64,000 nt of DNA from Scenedesmus sp. PABB004 (Eukaryota). The stretch lies in the NCBI GenBank assembly GCA_014905635.1, contig JABVCE010000003.1:1054001-1118000 (forward strand), in the 5' to 3' direction. The notes under the pieces were generated by a model, which had not been told where the DNA came from, did not search any database, and saw only the letters and a list, made by a program, of their open reading frames with translations. Shown piece after piece: positions 54,150-64,000 of this stretch. Positions within the stretch are counted from its first letter, which is position 1. Every line of letters starts with the position of its first letter. Made by a program: the position numbers and the translations under genes.

Positions 54150-54383
54150 GCGCGCCACGGGAGCCCGGCGGCGCGCCGCACGCTAGAAGCGCGGCGCGGC
54201 GGCAGCCGTGCGGCCGTGCGCTCCGTCTCCTGAGCCCGCCGCAGCGCAACAGCTCGCGCGTTAAGCTGGCGAACTCCCGAGCAGCTCGGCTCACCCGCAC
54301 GCGCACGGCCAGCCGGGCGGCGCTGCTCTCGCGCGCGCGCCCACCGGCGGCGCTGCTGACCCTGCAGCTCGCTGAGCGGCGCA

Positions 54384-54821
54384 ATGGCGAAGCAGCTGGA
54401 CGCCGTCGCGACGGCGCGCATCGTCGAGGAGACCATCCGGCGCGAGCAGCGCTGCATCCGCATGAGCACCACCTTTGCCGTGGCCGACCCGCGCAAGCTC
54501 GTGCTCCTGCCCGTGAAGCCCAACGCGACCACCCCGGCGGCGCGGCCGAGCGAGGCGGCGCTCGCGGAGGCGGCGGAGAAGCTGGCGTCCCTGTCGCACG
54601 TGCAGCACGCGGAGCACACCCCGGCGCAGGTTCACTCCCTGCCGCCGACCGCGAACTCTGAGTACGGCTTCTTTGCGCCGCCCCCGGGCCCCCTCGCGCG
54701 GCGGGATCCGCTTTTTCAGCACAACAAGGGGCACTGCGACGTCACGCGCTTTGCCGCGGCGCTCACGGCCGCCGGCGTCAAGCCCTTTGCGCCCCACGGC
54801 GGCGGCGCCAAGGCCAAGTGA
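54384..54821 (+). CDS. FAM183/CFAP144-like ciliary microtubule inner protein, intronless
   Basis: IVEETIRREQR..PRKL..PVKP; TPAQVHSLPPTANSEYGF; HNKGHCDVTRFA resemble the FAM183 motif order. Confidence 0.65.
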   Translation: MAKQLDAVATARIVEETIRREQRCIRMSTTFAVADPRKLVLLPVKPNATTPAARPSEAALAEAAEKLASLSHVQHAEHTPAQVHSLPPTANSEYGFFAPPPGPLARRDPLFQHNKGHCDVTRFAAALTAAGVKPFAPHGGGAKAK

Positions 54822-54926
54822 CCGGCGCGCGCGGGGGTGGTGGACGTGGCACGCGGGCGCGTTGCCAGCCGCGCCCCGGCCTGAGCAATCGCCTGCCTGC
54901 CCCTACCCCGGCCCGCGCGAGCGCGC

Positions 54927-57900
54927 TCACCGCCAGCCGCCGCCGCCCGCCAGCTGCGCCGCGACGCGGTCAAACTCGTCCGCCAGCGCCGCGCCCGCCG
55001 CCGCGGCGTCGCCGCCGAGGCCGCGCGCCTCCGCGGCGCAGCGCTCCGAGAGGTCGGCCAGGGCAGCGGCCTGCTGTGCCCGGCCCAGGAAGCGGCTGGG
55101 GTAGCCGTGGTCGGGCTGCGCCGCGGCGGGGAGAGGGGGTCGGGGGCGGGCGGATGAGCCACGGTCGGCCGCGCGGCTGGCGGCGCGCCGCGCGCCCGTC
55201 CCTGCGCCCCAGCCCAGCGCCCGACGCGCGCCGCGCACCTGGCCGGTGAGGCTGGACGACAGCTCCTCGTCCAACACGATACGGCAGTGCGCGACGAGGC
55301 TGCGCAGCAGGCCGAGCCGCAGCGCCGCGCGCGCCGCGCCGTCGCCCGCGCCGCCGAGCACGACGCCCGCGCCCGCGACGCCGCCGTCGAGCAGCGCGCC
55401 GCGGCGCGCGAGCAGCTGCTCATACACGCCCGCCACCACCGCCGACGCGTTGTCGCCCGCGCCCGGCGCGAGCAGCGCGCGCAGGCACGCGACGACGCGC
55501 GACGGGTCGGTTGCCGCGTCGCCCGGCGCGGGCCACAGCCCAGCCGAGACCGCCTCAAGGCGCAGCGTGACGTGCGCGAGCGGCAGGCTGCGCGCGCGGG
55601 GCGGGGCGGGGCGGGGCGCGCGGGCGTGGGCTGCGCGCGGGCGCGGCCGCCACGCGGCAGGGCGCAGCCCAGGCCCTCTCCGCGCGCCGCCGCACCTGCC
55701 CTCGTTGGGGTAGAACTTGACCCCCAGCGCCTCCACCACGTCGCAGCAGCGCTCGAGCGCGGCGTCGGCGCCGCCACCGGGCGACGACGCCTCCCAGGTC
55801 GCCTTGAGCAGCAGGTCCCACAGCTGGCGCACGTACTCGGCGGGGACGTTGCCCGCAAAGTGGCAGATCTCCAGGCACGCGTCCCAGAGCTCGTGCGGCT
55901 GGGCATAGCTGTTGTAGAGGTCACTGATGTCCAGCGCCGCCGAGCGCAGCTCGCGCACCGCGGCCTCAAGGCCGTCGCGGCCGCCGCTCGCGCTGCCACC
56001 GCCCGGCGCGCCGCCGGCGCGCAGCGCCGCGAGGCGCCCCTCCAGCGCGGTCGCGATGGACAGCTGCAGCGCCATCACGCGCGCCGCGCCGCGCAGGCCC
56101 TCGGTGAGCGCCTCGTCGCCGACGCTGCGCGCCTGCAGCAGCGCGCTGTGCAGCGCGTCGAGGCGCTGCTCCAGGCTCACGGCCGCGTCGCCCGGCCCGC
56201 TGCGGCGCTCGGCGAGCGCGCGGTACACGCCGGCAGCGGCCGCGTACCTGCGGCGGCCGCGGCGGCGGCGGCGGCGAGTCGGTCGCTGGCGGCAGCGCGC
56301 CGCGCAGGGGCCGCGGCCGCGCGGCGGGCGCGCCGGGCGCGCGCGGTGCAGGCACACTCACTTCCCCTTCTGGATGTGCAGCCGCGCGAGCAGCTCCAGG
56401 TGCTTCACCTGGCGGCTGCTCAGCGGGCCGACCGCGCCGCCGCCGAGGCCGGCGCCGGGGCCGCCACCGCCGAGGCCGCCGCCGCCGGCGCCGCCGCCGA
56501 GGCCGCCCTCCGCGCGGAGGTACAGCTCAAGCGCGGGGCTGGGGTGGGCCAGGAGGTCGTCGTCGAGGCCGCAGTCCACGAGCGTGCCGTAGATGACCGT
56601 CGTCAGGTACTGGTCCCCGCAGCGCAGCACCGCCTGGCGATGCGTGCACAGCGCGGCGCGGCGCAGCGGCGTGTGAGCGTGCGGTGCATGCGGCGCGTGC
56701 GCGTGCGGCGCGGGCGCACGGGGCCGCCAGGCGCGGCGGCGGCCGCACACACGCACGGCAACAAGCACGCACGCGCACACCGCCCACGCACGCAGCGCCC
56801 CCGCTCACCTGCATCATCGCGTCCTTGGCGGCGCCGCGCTCTGCCGGCGTGAGCAGCGCGCCCTCGGCCTCGGCGCCCGCGCCCGCGCCGCCCGCGCCCG
56901 CGGCCGCGGCGGCGGCGCCCGTCGGCGCGCCCGTCGGCGGCGGGCCGACGCCGAGCAGCGGCTTGAGCACGCCCAGGAGGTGCGCGTAGCAGCGGTCGCG
57001 CGCGGCGCGCGCGGCCGCCGTGTCGGCGCTGCTGCCGTGCCGCCACGCGAGCGAGTGCGGGTCGGCGAGCGCGGCGCAGCGCAGCACCAGCTCCACCACG
57101 CCCTCGTACTGCCGCAGGAAGGCGAGCCGCGGCACGAGCTGGCCCAGGTTGACGCACTGCGGCACGCGCAGCAGCCCCGCGAGCGCGTCGCGCGCCGCCG
57201 CGTCGCGCTCCGCCGCCGAGCCCGCCTCCTCGGCCGCCTTGAGCTTGGCCGTCGCCTGCGCGCGTGCCGCGGCGGCGCGGCGCGGCGGCGTCGTGCGGGC
57301 GCGGCGCGCGGCGTGGGCGCGGGGGCCCGACGGCGCGCAGCGCCGCGCCGGCGGGCCGGCGCGGCCGGCTCAAGCCAAGCCCGAGCTCGCGGGCGCCACA
57401 CAGCAGACAGACAGACAGACTGAGGCGCCCGCAACCCCCTAGGGTTTACACCTAAACCCTAACCCCCTTAACCCCTGCCCGCACCTGGAAGAACTGGCGG
57501 TCCTGGTCCCTGAAGTAACCTGGCGCGCCGGCCTGCAGCGCGGCCGCGAGCTCCGCGACGCCGCCCGCGCCGCCGCCGCCGCCGGCGTCGAGCTGGTCGG
57601 CCACGAGCGCTGCGACGAGCTGCGCCGCGAGGCCGGGGCCGGACGCCTCGAGCACGAGGTCACGGAAGTTCTGGGGACGCGCGGCGCGGCGCGCGGCGGG
57701 GCGGGGCGGGCGCGGCGGGGGGCGTGAGCCCCGGGGCGAGCACAGGAGGCGGGGGACACAAGGAGCTGCGCGCCGGCGGCCCCCCAGCGTGGCGTGGCGC
57801 GGCGTGGCTGGCCGCACCAGGTCGCGCAGCGCTCGGCGGCCGTCGGCGTCGAGGCGGTTGACCAGGCGGTTGACGTTGGCCGCGCTGATCGTGCGCAGCA

Positions 57901-60900
57901 GCAGCAGAGCCTGCGCCGCCTTGGACGCGAGCAGCCTGCGGCGCGACAGGCGGGCGCGGCGGGCGCGGCGGGCGGGGCAGCGGCACCGTGGGCACACGCA
58001 CGCACACGGCCGCGGGCGCGCAGCGGGCCTGGCAGCAGGCACGTCGGCCGGCCCCCGCGCGGCGCCGCGCCCCGCGCCCCTCACCGCACGGCGTTGTTGC
58101 GCTGCTCCTCCATCACAAACGCGTTCCACAGGCGCTGCCGCTTCACAAACGGCGCGTCGCCGCCGCCGGGCGCGAGCCCGCCCGCCGCGCCGCCCGTCGC
58201 GGCGGCGGCGCCCGCGGCGGCGTTGCCTGCGCGCGGCGGCGGCGCGCAGCGCGCGGCGGCGGCGCACGCGGCAGCGGGCGGGCTCGGCGAGGCGCGCGCC
58301 GGCGGCGCGGCGGGCGGCGCAAGGGGGCTTGAGCCCGCGCCGCCCCACGCACCCGCGTTGAGCAGGCGGCTGGTGCCGTCCTCGAGGTGGCCCAGGAAGA
58401 GAGCGCCGCCGCCGCCGCCGCCGCCCGGCGCGGCGCCGCCGGCGGCCTTGAAGCCGCGCGCCTTGCGCCGCGCGGCGGCGTCGGCCAAGAAGCGCTCGAG
58501 CGCGCGCAGCTTGTGCTCCAGCACCTGCGCGGGTCGAGGCATGTGCGTGTGTGTGGGTGTGTGCAGGTGCGCGTGCGGGCTGGGGCGGGGCGGGGCCAGC
58601 CGTGTGCGGGCAGGTCCAACGTGCGTCGCGGCGGGGCTCGCGCCGCGGCACTCCCACGCCTGCCCGCGCGGCTGCTGTGCGGGCGCGCATCCAGCCGGCC
58701 GCCACGGGCTCGGGGGCGGGGCTGCGCTTGGCGCGCCCGGCGGCGCCCGCGCCGCCGCCTGCGCCGCGCCGCGCCGCGCCGCGCCGCGCCGCGCTGCGCC
58801 GCGCCGCACCGCCATCGTCGCCTCGCTGAGCCGGGCCTTCCAGACGTCGGGGTTGGCCGCCGACGGCGTGATGAGCCGCGCCTCCCACACCGGCGCGAGC
58901 AGGCGGCTGATGTACAGCGCCAGGCCCTTGTGCGCGCCCGACCAGTCGGGCTCGGGGTTGGGGTTCACCGCGCTGCAGCGCGGCGCGGCGCGGCGCGGCG
59001 CGGCGCGGGCGGCGTTGGCGCCGCGGCGGCGTGCGTGGCGGCGCGCGGCGGCCGCGGTGCGCGGTGCGCGGTGGCGGCGGCGGCGGCAGCAGCGACGGCG
59101 GCAGCGGCGGCGGCGCGGTGGGGCGCTCACGTTCCCATGTAGATGCCGCCGCCCGCGGCGCCGGCGTTGAGCGCCGCCTCGGCGCCGCCGCCGCCCTCCT
59201 CCGGCATGAGCGGCTGGCCCACCAGCAGCGGGTTGTCCAGCGCCGCGGCCGCCTCCTCGACGAGGCGCTGCGGCGACGGCAGGCGCGGCGGCAGGGGAGG
59301 GCGGCGGGACGGGCGCGGCGCGGTCGGCCGCGACCGAGCGCAAGGCGCGGCGCGCAGGGCGCGGGGCGCGCGGGGCGCGTTGGGCTGCTCGCCGCGCACC
59401 ATGCTGACGCCGTCGGCGGTGGCGAGCAGGTAGCACATTGCGGCCGCCTCGGCGGCGCCGTACGCCTCGAAAAACTGCTGCAGCTTCTCCGGCGCGCGCT
59501 CCTGCGCGGCGGCGGCGGCGGTGGCGGGGGCGGCGGCGGTGAGTCGGCCGCCGTCGGCAGCGCGCGCCGAGCGCGCTGCGGTCGTGCTTGGCCACCGCCG
59601 CGCGGCGCCGGCGCGGCGCCGCGCCTGCAGCAGCGCCTGCAGCACGTCGACGGGGCGGCGGCGCTCGAGCTCGAGCACGCCCGCGGTGGTGACGAGGACG
59701 AGCTGCAGCGGGCCCATCCACATCTGCCCGACCAGCTCGTCCTGCATCGCGCCCCAGCTGCCCGCGGGCGCGACCTCCGGCCCCAGCACGCACGTCTGGG
59801 GCAGGCAGCCGATCGCGGTCGCCTCGCCTGCAGCGCGCCGCGGCGGCGGGCGGGCGGCGGGCGGGCGGCGCTCGGCGCCGGCCGCGGCGGCGCGAGGCGG
59901 CCGCGGGCGCGCGGCGGCAGCGACCGGGGCGCGCACGCCCGCAGGCGCCGGCGCCCGGCGTGCGGGCGCCTCACCGGGCACGTGCTGCTCCAGGTCACTC
60001 ACGATCTCCCGCAGCCCCGCCGCGCCGCTGCCGAGGTTGACGTTGACGCTCGGCGGCGGCAGCGTGTGGTTGCGTGCTGCGAGGAGCAGCTTGGTCGCCT
60101 TGCCGTCGGCGCCCGCCGACTCGGCGAGCAGCAAGCTGCCGGGCGTGTAGAGCACGGCGGCGACGTCCATCACGCGGCTGCTGCGCGACACAGGCGGCGG
60201 CGGCGGCGGCCGGGGGTCAGTCGCTGGCGACTGACTGTGCAGCGGCGCCGGCGCGCAGCAGCGCAGGGGCGGCCGCGCACCTGCTGGGGTCGCCCGCGAC
60301 GCGTGCGCCCGCGATGGGCGCCTGCGGCAGCGGCCCGCGCGCGTCCACGGCGATGAGCGCCGCCGGGCGCGCGCGCTTGGGGTCGAGGTGGCTCGGCACG
60401 CCGCCGCCGCCGCGCGCGCTGTCGCGCGCGCCCGCCCAGCTGCTGCCGCCGCCGCGGACGAGGGGGTTTGTGCTGAAGTAGGCGCGGCGGCCGTTGGAGG
60501 TGACCACCATCAAGTGCACCTTCCACGACTCGGCCATCGCTGCGGCGCGCCGCGGCGCGGGCGCGTGGGTGCGACGCGCAGCGCGCCGCGCCGCCGCCGC
60601 CGCCGCGCCCAGCCGCCGCCTGCCGCGCCCCTCCGCCGCCGCCGCCGCGCGCGCGCGCGCCGCAGTGCGCCGCCGCGGGCGGCTCACGGATGATGGCCAT
60701 GTGCTTGATCGCGGTGCCGCGCCGGTCCTCGCCGAGGGTGAACACGTTGCGCCCCGTGGGCAGGCGGGAGACCTCGCCCAGAAAGTCGGTCAGCTCCGCG
60801 ACGCGCCGCGCGGGCTCGCCGCCCGACGCACCGAGGTCGAACACCTGCGCCGCGGCGGCGGCGGCGGCAACGGTGGCGGCGGGGTCGGCGGGCCCGCACG

Positions 60901-62421
60901 CACGCGCGCCGCGCTCGCTGCCCGCTGCGTGCTGCCGGCTGCGTGCTGCCGGCGGCCGGGCGCGCGCGCCTGGATGGCCGAGTTGGCGGCGAGGGCGTAG
61001 AGGATGTGTCGCTCGTCGTCCAGTGCGAGCCGGTCCATCGGCACCGGCGCGCCAAAGAGGAAGCTCGGCAGGAAGCTCGGCAGCAGCTGCGCCACGCCGC
61101 CCGTCACGCGCACCTGCGGCGCGGCGCGGCGCAGGCACGCTGAGAGGGGGGCGCGCCCGCAGGGGGAGCGCGTCCGCCCCGGCGCCGCCGCCGCTGCAAC
61201 GGCCGCCCCCGCCGCGAGCTAGCGCCCGGCGCGCCGCGGCGGCGGCGGCGGCGGGTGCGGCGCCGCGGCAGCGCGCTCGCGCGCCCAGCGCCGCGCGCCT
61301 TGGTGCAGCGGCGCTGGCGCCAGCTGTCGCTCGCGGCGTAGGCGAGCTCATAGACGTGGCCGTCGGCGCCGCCGAGGAAGATGCGGCCGGCGGCGCTGCT
61401 GGCGAAGCAGGTCATGATGGTGTTGTCGCTCGGCAGGCTGTACAGCGGCATCGGCTGCAGCGACAGCTCCTCATACGCGTCGCCGCCGCCCACGCGCGAC
61501 GGCCCGGTGCACACGCCGAGCAACACGATCTGGCGGCGGCCGCGGCGCGCGGGGGCGGCGTGGGCACGGGCGCGGCCGCGGGCGCGGCGCGCGCGTGGGC
61601 GCGGCGTGGGCGGCGGCTGGGCGGGCGGCTGGCGGCGCACCTCCACGGTCGTGGCGAGGACGAGCACGTGCTGGATGGCGGCCAGGAACACGCCCGGCCG
61701 CGGCCTGGCGAGGCCAACGCAGCAGATGGCCTGCTCCTCGCCGCTGTACTCCACGGGCACGTCGCCGCTGCGCGGGGCGGGCGGCGCGGGATTGGCGTCG
61801 GCTCGCGCCCGCCGCCGGCCGCCACTGCCAACACCCCCGCCCCTGCTGTGCCCGCACCTGCGGTCGTATCGCCAGAGGAAAAGGCTGTTGTCCACGCTCG
61901 CCCAGGCGCGGCGTATCTCGGGGAACACGCCGCAGAAGCACATCGTCTGGCAGGCGCGGTACTTCTCCTGCACCATCGCCGGCAGGTCGGGCATCGCGGG
62001 CGAGACCGCGCGCAGCAGCGACGGCCACTGCGCGGCGGCGGCGGCGGCGCGCGGGTGAGGGGCGGCGGCGCGCGGGCGAGGGGCAGCTCGCGTGCCGCTG
62101 GCGCGCGCTGCCGCGGTCTGCCGCCCCCCAGCGGCGCGCGGCCGCTGCCGGCGTCGCCGCCGCGGGCGCCGCGCTCTCTCTCACCCCGGGCACGGGGAAC
62201 TGGAACGTGTCCTCCCGCCGCGCGTTGCGCACGAGGTCGATGAGGTCATAGTGCTTCGCCTCGTCCCGCGCGACGCCCTTGACGTGGCGCCACGTCTCGG
62301 ACAGCTTTTCGTCGCCGTCGGCGGCGCCGCCCAGCCGGCCCCCGCCCAGCGGCGCCGGGCGGACCTGATCGGGCCGCCCCAGCGTTAGCTCGTGCTGCCA
62401 GAGCGGCGGCGGGGCCGCCAT
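54927..62421 (-). CDS. NUP155: Nucleoporin Nup155/Nup170, many exons
   Basis: CGVFPEIRRAWASVDNSLFLWRY, QAICCVGL..PGVF, GRIFLGGADGHVYELAY, RRPVDVL, SGAHKGLALYISRLLAPVW, LDISDLYNSYAQP..LWDACLEI. Confidence 0.93.
57433..57476. repeat. Interstitial telomere-like (TTTAGGG/TTAGGG) tract in a Nup155 intron
   Basis: aacccccTAGGGTTTAcaccTAAACCCTAacccccttaacccct. Confidence 0.7.
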
Positions 62422-62927
62422 CGTGGCTGGGCTGCTGCCGCCGGCCGCTGCTGCTGCTGCTGTGATGGCCGGCGCCTCCCGGCGTGCGCGGGCGCCTAGG
62501 TCTGCAGCTGGCGCGCCATGCGCGATGGAACTGCGGTGATCAGCACCCAGGCAGCAGGCGCGGACGGCAGGTGCGCCTGGGCGCGCGCCCGGTGCCGGTG
62601 AACGCTTGAACTCACGCGCGCGTGCTGCCAGAGGCACGGGGCGAGGCCTTGGCGCCGCGGCGATCGTCAAGGGAGGGAGGAAATAGGACGCCGGGCCCCT
62701 GGGCTGGCAGCGGCGCTGCCTGAACCGCAGGCTGCAGCAGAACATGCGCGGTCGAGGCCCGAACTCGCTCGTCTCCCGCCCGCACTCCCAGCGCGCTCCC
62801 GCCCTGGCCGGCACGCACACGCCCCGCCCAGCCAGCACGCCCCCGCACGGCCCGGCGCGCAACCGCCGCCGCGCGCGCGTGCCCGCTGCTTCCGCCGCGC
62901 GGCGCGCAACCGCCGCCGCGGGCCGAC

Positions 62928-64000
62928 ATGCGGCCCGCGGAGCACGACCCGCTGCAGTTCGGGGGTGAAGGCCTGGAGGAGCAGTCGCTGGTGGGCCACG
63001 CGCTGCCTGCGGCCCGTGCGCGGCGCGCGAGCGCAGCGACTGATGCGCCGCCGCCGCCCTCACACAACGCAGGACGACGACGCGCCGCCGTCGTACGGTG
63101 CTGCCGCAGAGGAGCAGCAGCACCAGACGCCGCCGCCCCCCGACCCGCTGGCGCCCGCCGCGCAGCAGCAGAGCTGGCAGCACTACCCGGCGCCGCCAGC
63201 GCCCGACGCGGACGCGGCGGCGCAGCAGGCGCCGGCGCGCTACCCGGCCGTGCCCATGCCCGCCGCGCCGACGGCCGCCAGCCCCACCGCGAGCACCGCG
63301 AGCGGCGGCGCGAGCCCGCCGCCGCCCGCCGCGGCGCGCGCGGCGCTCGCGGCGGCCGGCAGCCCGCCGCCGGTGGGCAACCCGGCGCTGCGCATCGCGG
63401 TGCACAACCCGCTGAAGCACCACGGCCCCTCTGCCATCCCGGGTGGGTGCGCGGCAGGCCCCGCGCGCCCGCCGCGCGCGCGCGCGCGGCCCGCGGCGCC
63501 CGCCGGCACGCTCGCCGGAGCACGGCGCCCACCGGCGCGGCGCGCCGACGCGTCGCGCGCCCGCCCACGCGCCGGCGCGCAGGGCTGGAGGAGTCATACA
63601 CCAGCTACGAGGTGGTCAGCGTCACGACGCTGCCCCACTTCAGCGGCGGCCGCCACGCGGTGCGGCGGCGGTTCAAGGACTTTGTGTCGCTCTCAAACCT
63701 CCTCCCGCGCCTGCTGCACGGCAGGTGCGACGCGCCGAGCACCGCAGGGCACGGCCGCCCGCCCAGCCCGCGCGCTCAGCCTGGGCCCAGCGGCCGCCCA
63801 CACGCGCGCGCGCCGCCGCCGCCCCGCCGCAGCCTGCTGCCCGCGCGACCGGCCAAGAACCTGGTCGAGGGCCACTGGCGCATGACCGACGCGTTTGTGG
63901 AGGCGCGGCGCGCCGCGCTCGAGCGCTACCTCAACCGACTCACTGCGCACCCGCACGCGTCGCGCAGCGAGGTGACGCACCGCGGCGGCGGCGTGGCGGC
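62928..64000 (+). CDS. PX-domain sorting nexin (SNX2/VPS5-like), truncated at window end
   Basis: LRIAVHNP, SYTSYEV, VRRRFKDFVSL, LLPARPAKN, FVEARRAALERYLNRLTAHP; start and first intron (62964-63072) tentative. Confidence 0.85.
   Translation, partial: MRPAEHDPLQFGGEGLEEQSLVGHALPAARARRASAATDAPPPPSHNAGRRRAAVVRCCRRGAAAPDAAAPRPAGARRAAAELAALPGAASARRGRGGAAGAGALPGRAHARRADGRQPHREHRERRREPAAARRGARGARGGRQPAAGGQPGAAHRGAQPAEAPRPLCHPGWVRGRPRAPAARARAARGARRHARRSTAPTGAARRRVARPPTRRRAGLEESYTSYEVVSVTTLPHFSGGRHAVRRRFKDFVSLSNLLPRLLHGRCDAPSTAGHGRPPSPRAQPGPSGRPHARAPPPPRRSLLPARPAKNLVEGHWRMTDAFVEARRAALERYLNRLTAHPHASRSEVTHRGGGVA

Noticed and set aside
48643..62421. RanBP1 and Nup155 proximity as a nuclear-transport gene cluster
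   Set aside because: Separated by unrelated CCT6 and FAM183-like genes; two genes are compatible with chance

Overview
Eukaryotic nuclear DNA, extremely GC-rich and gene-dense. It has many short spliceosomal introns (donor mostly GTGCG/GCGCG, acceptor mostly GCAG) and TGTAA polyadenylation signals, consistent with a chlorophyte green alga (Sphaeropleales-like; inference). Most long ORFs in the supplied track are GC artefacts. Splicing by hand gives about 23 genes: an OXLD1-like protein, a METTL21-type methyltransferase, UBA1, a secreted C-type-lectin/malectin protein, a small coiled-coil protein, an Ala-rich orphan, a plastid membrane protein, PTH2, a plastid Obg GTPase, an SBP-less SPL-like protein, RPAP3-like, menin-like, a secreted Lys/Trp-rich glycoprotein, CFAP299, SPT2, bacterial-type HrpB, glucosidase I, a DUF642-like secreted protein, RanBP1, CCT6, CFAP144/FAM183, Nup155 and a truncated PX sorting nexin. 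Four observations stand out. (1) A menin (MEN1)-like gene in an alga, with a possibly intact Cys-His-acid transglutaminase-type triad and an apparent 1-nt frameshift. (2) At least 22 GC-AG introns, including 7 of 20 in UBA1. (3) A single lectin gene built from a ~99.8% identical 2.07-kb intragenic duplication. (4) Complementary (TG)52 and (CA)32 intronic tracts bracketing an in-frame two-exon cassette of UBA1. All family calls come from motif recognition by eye; no database searches were run.
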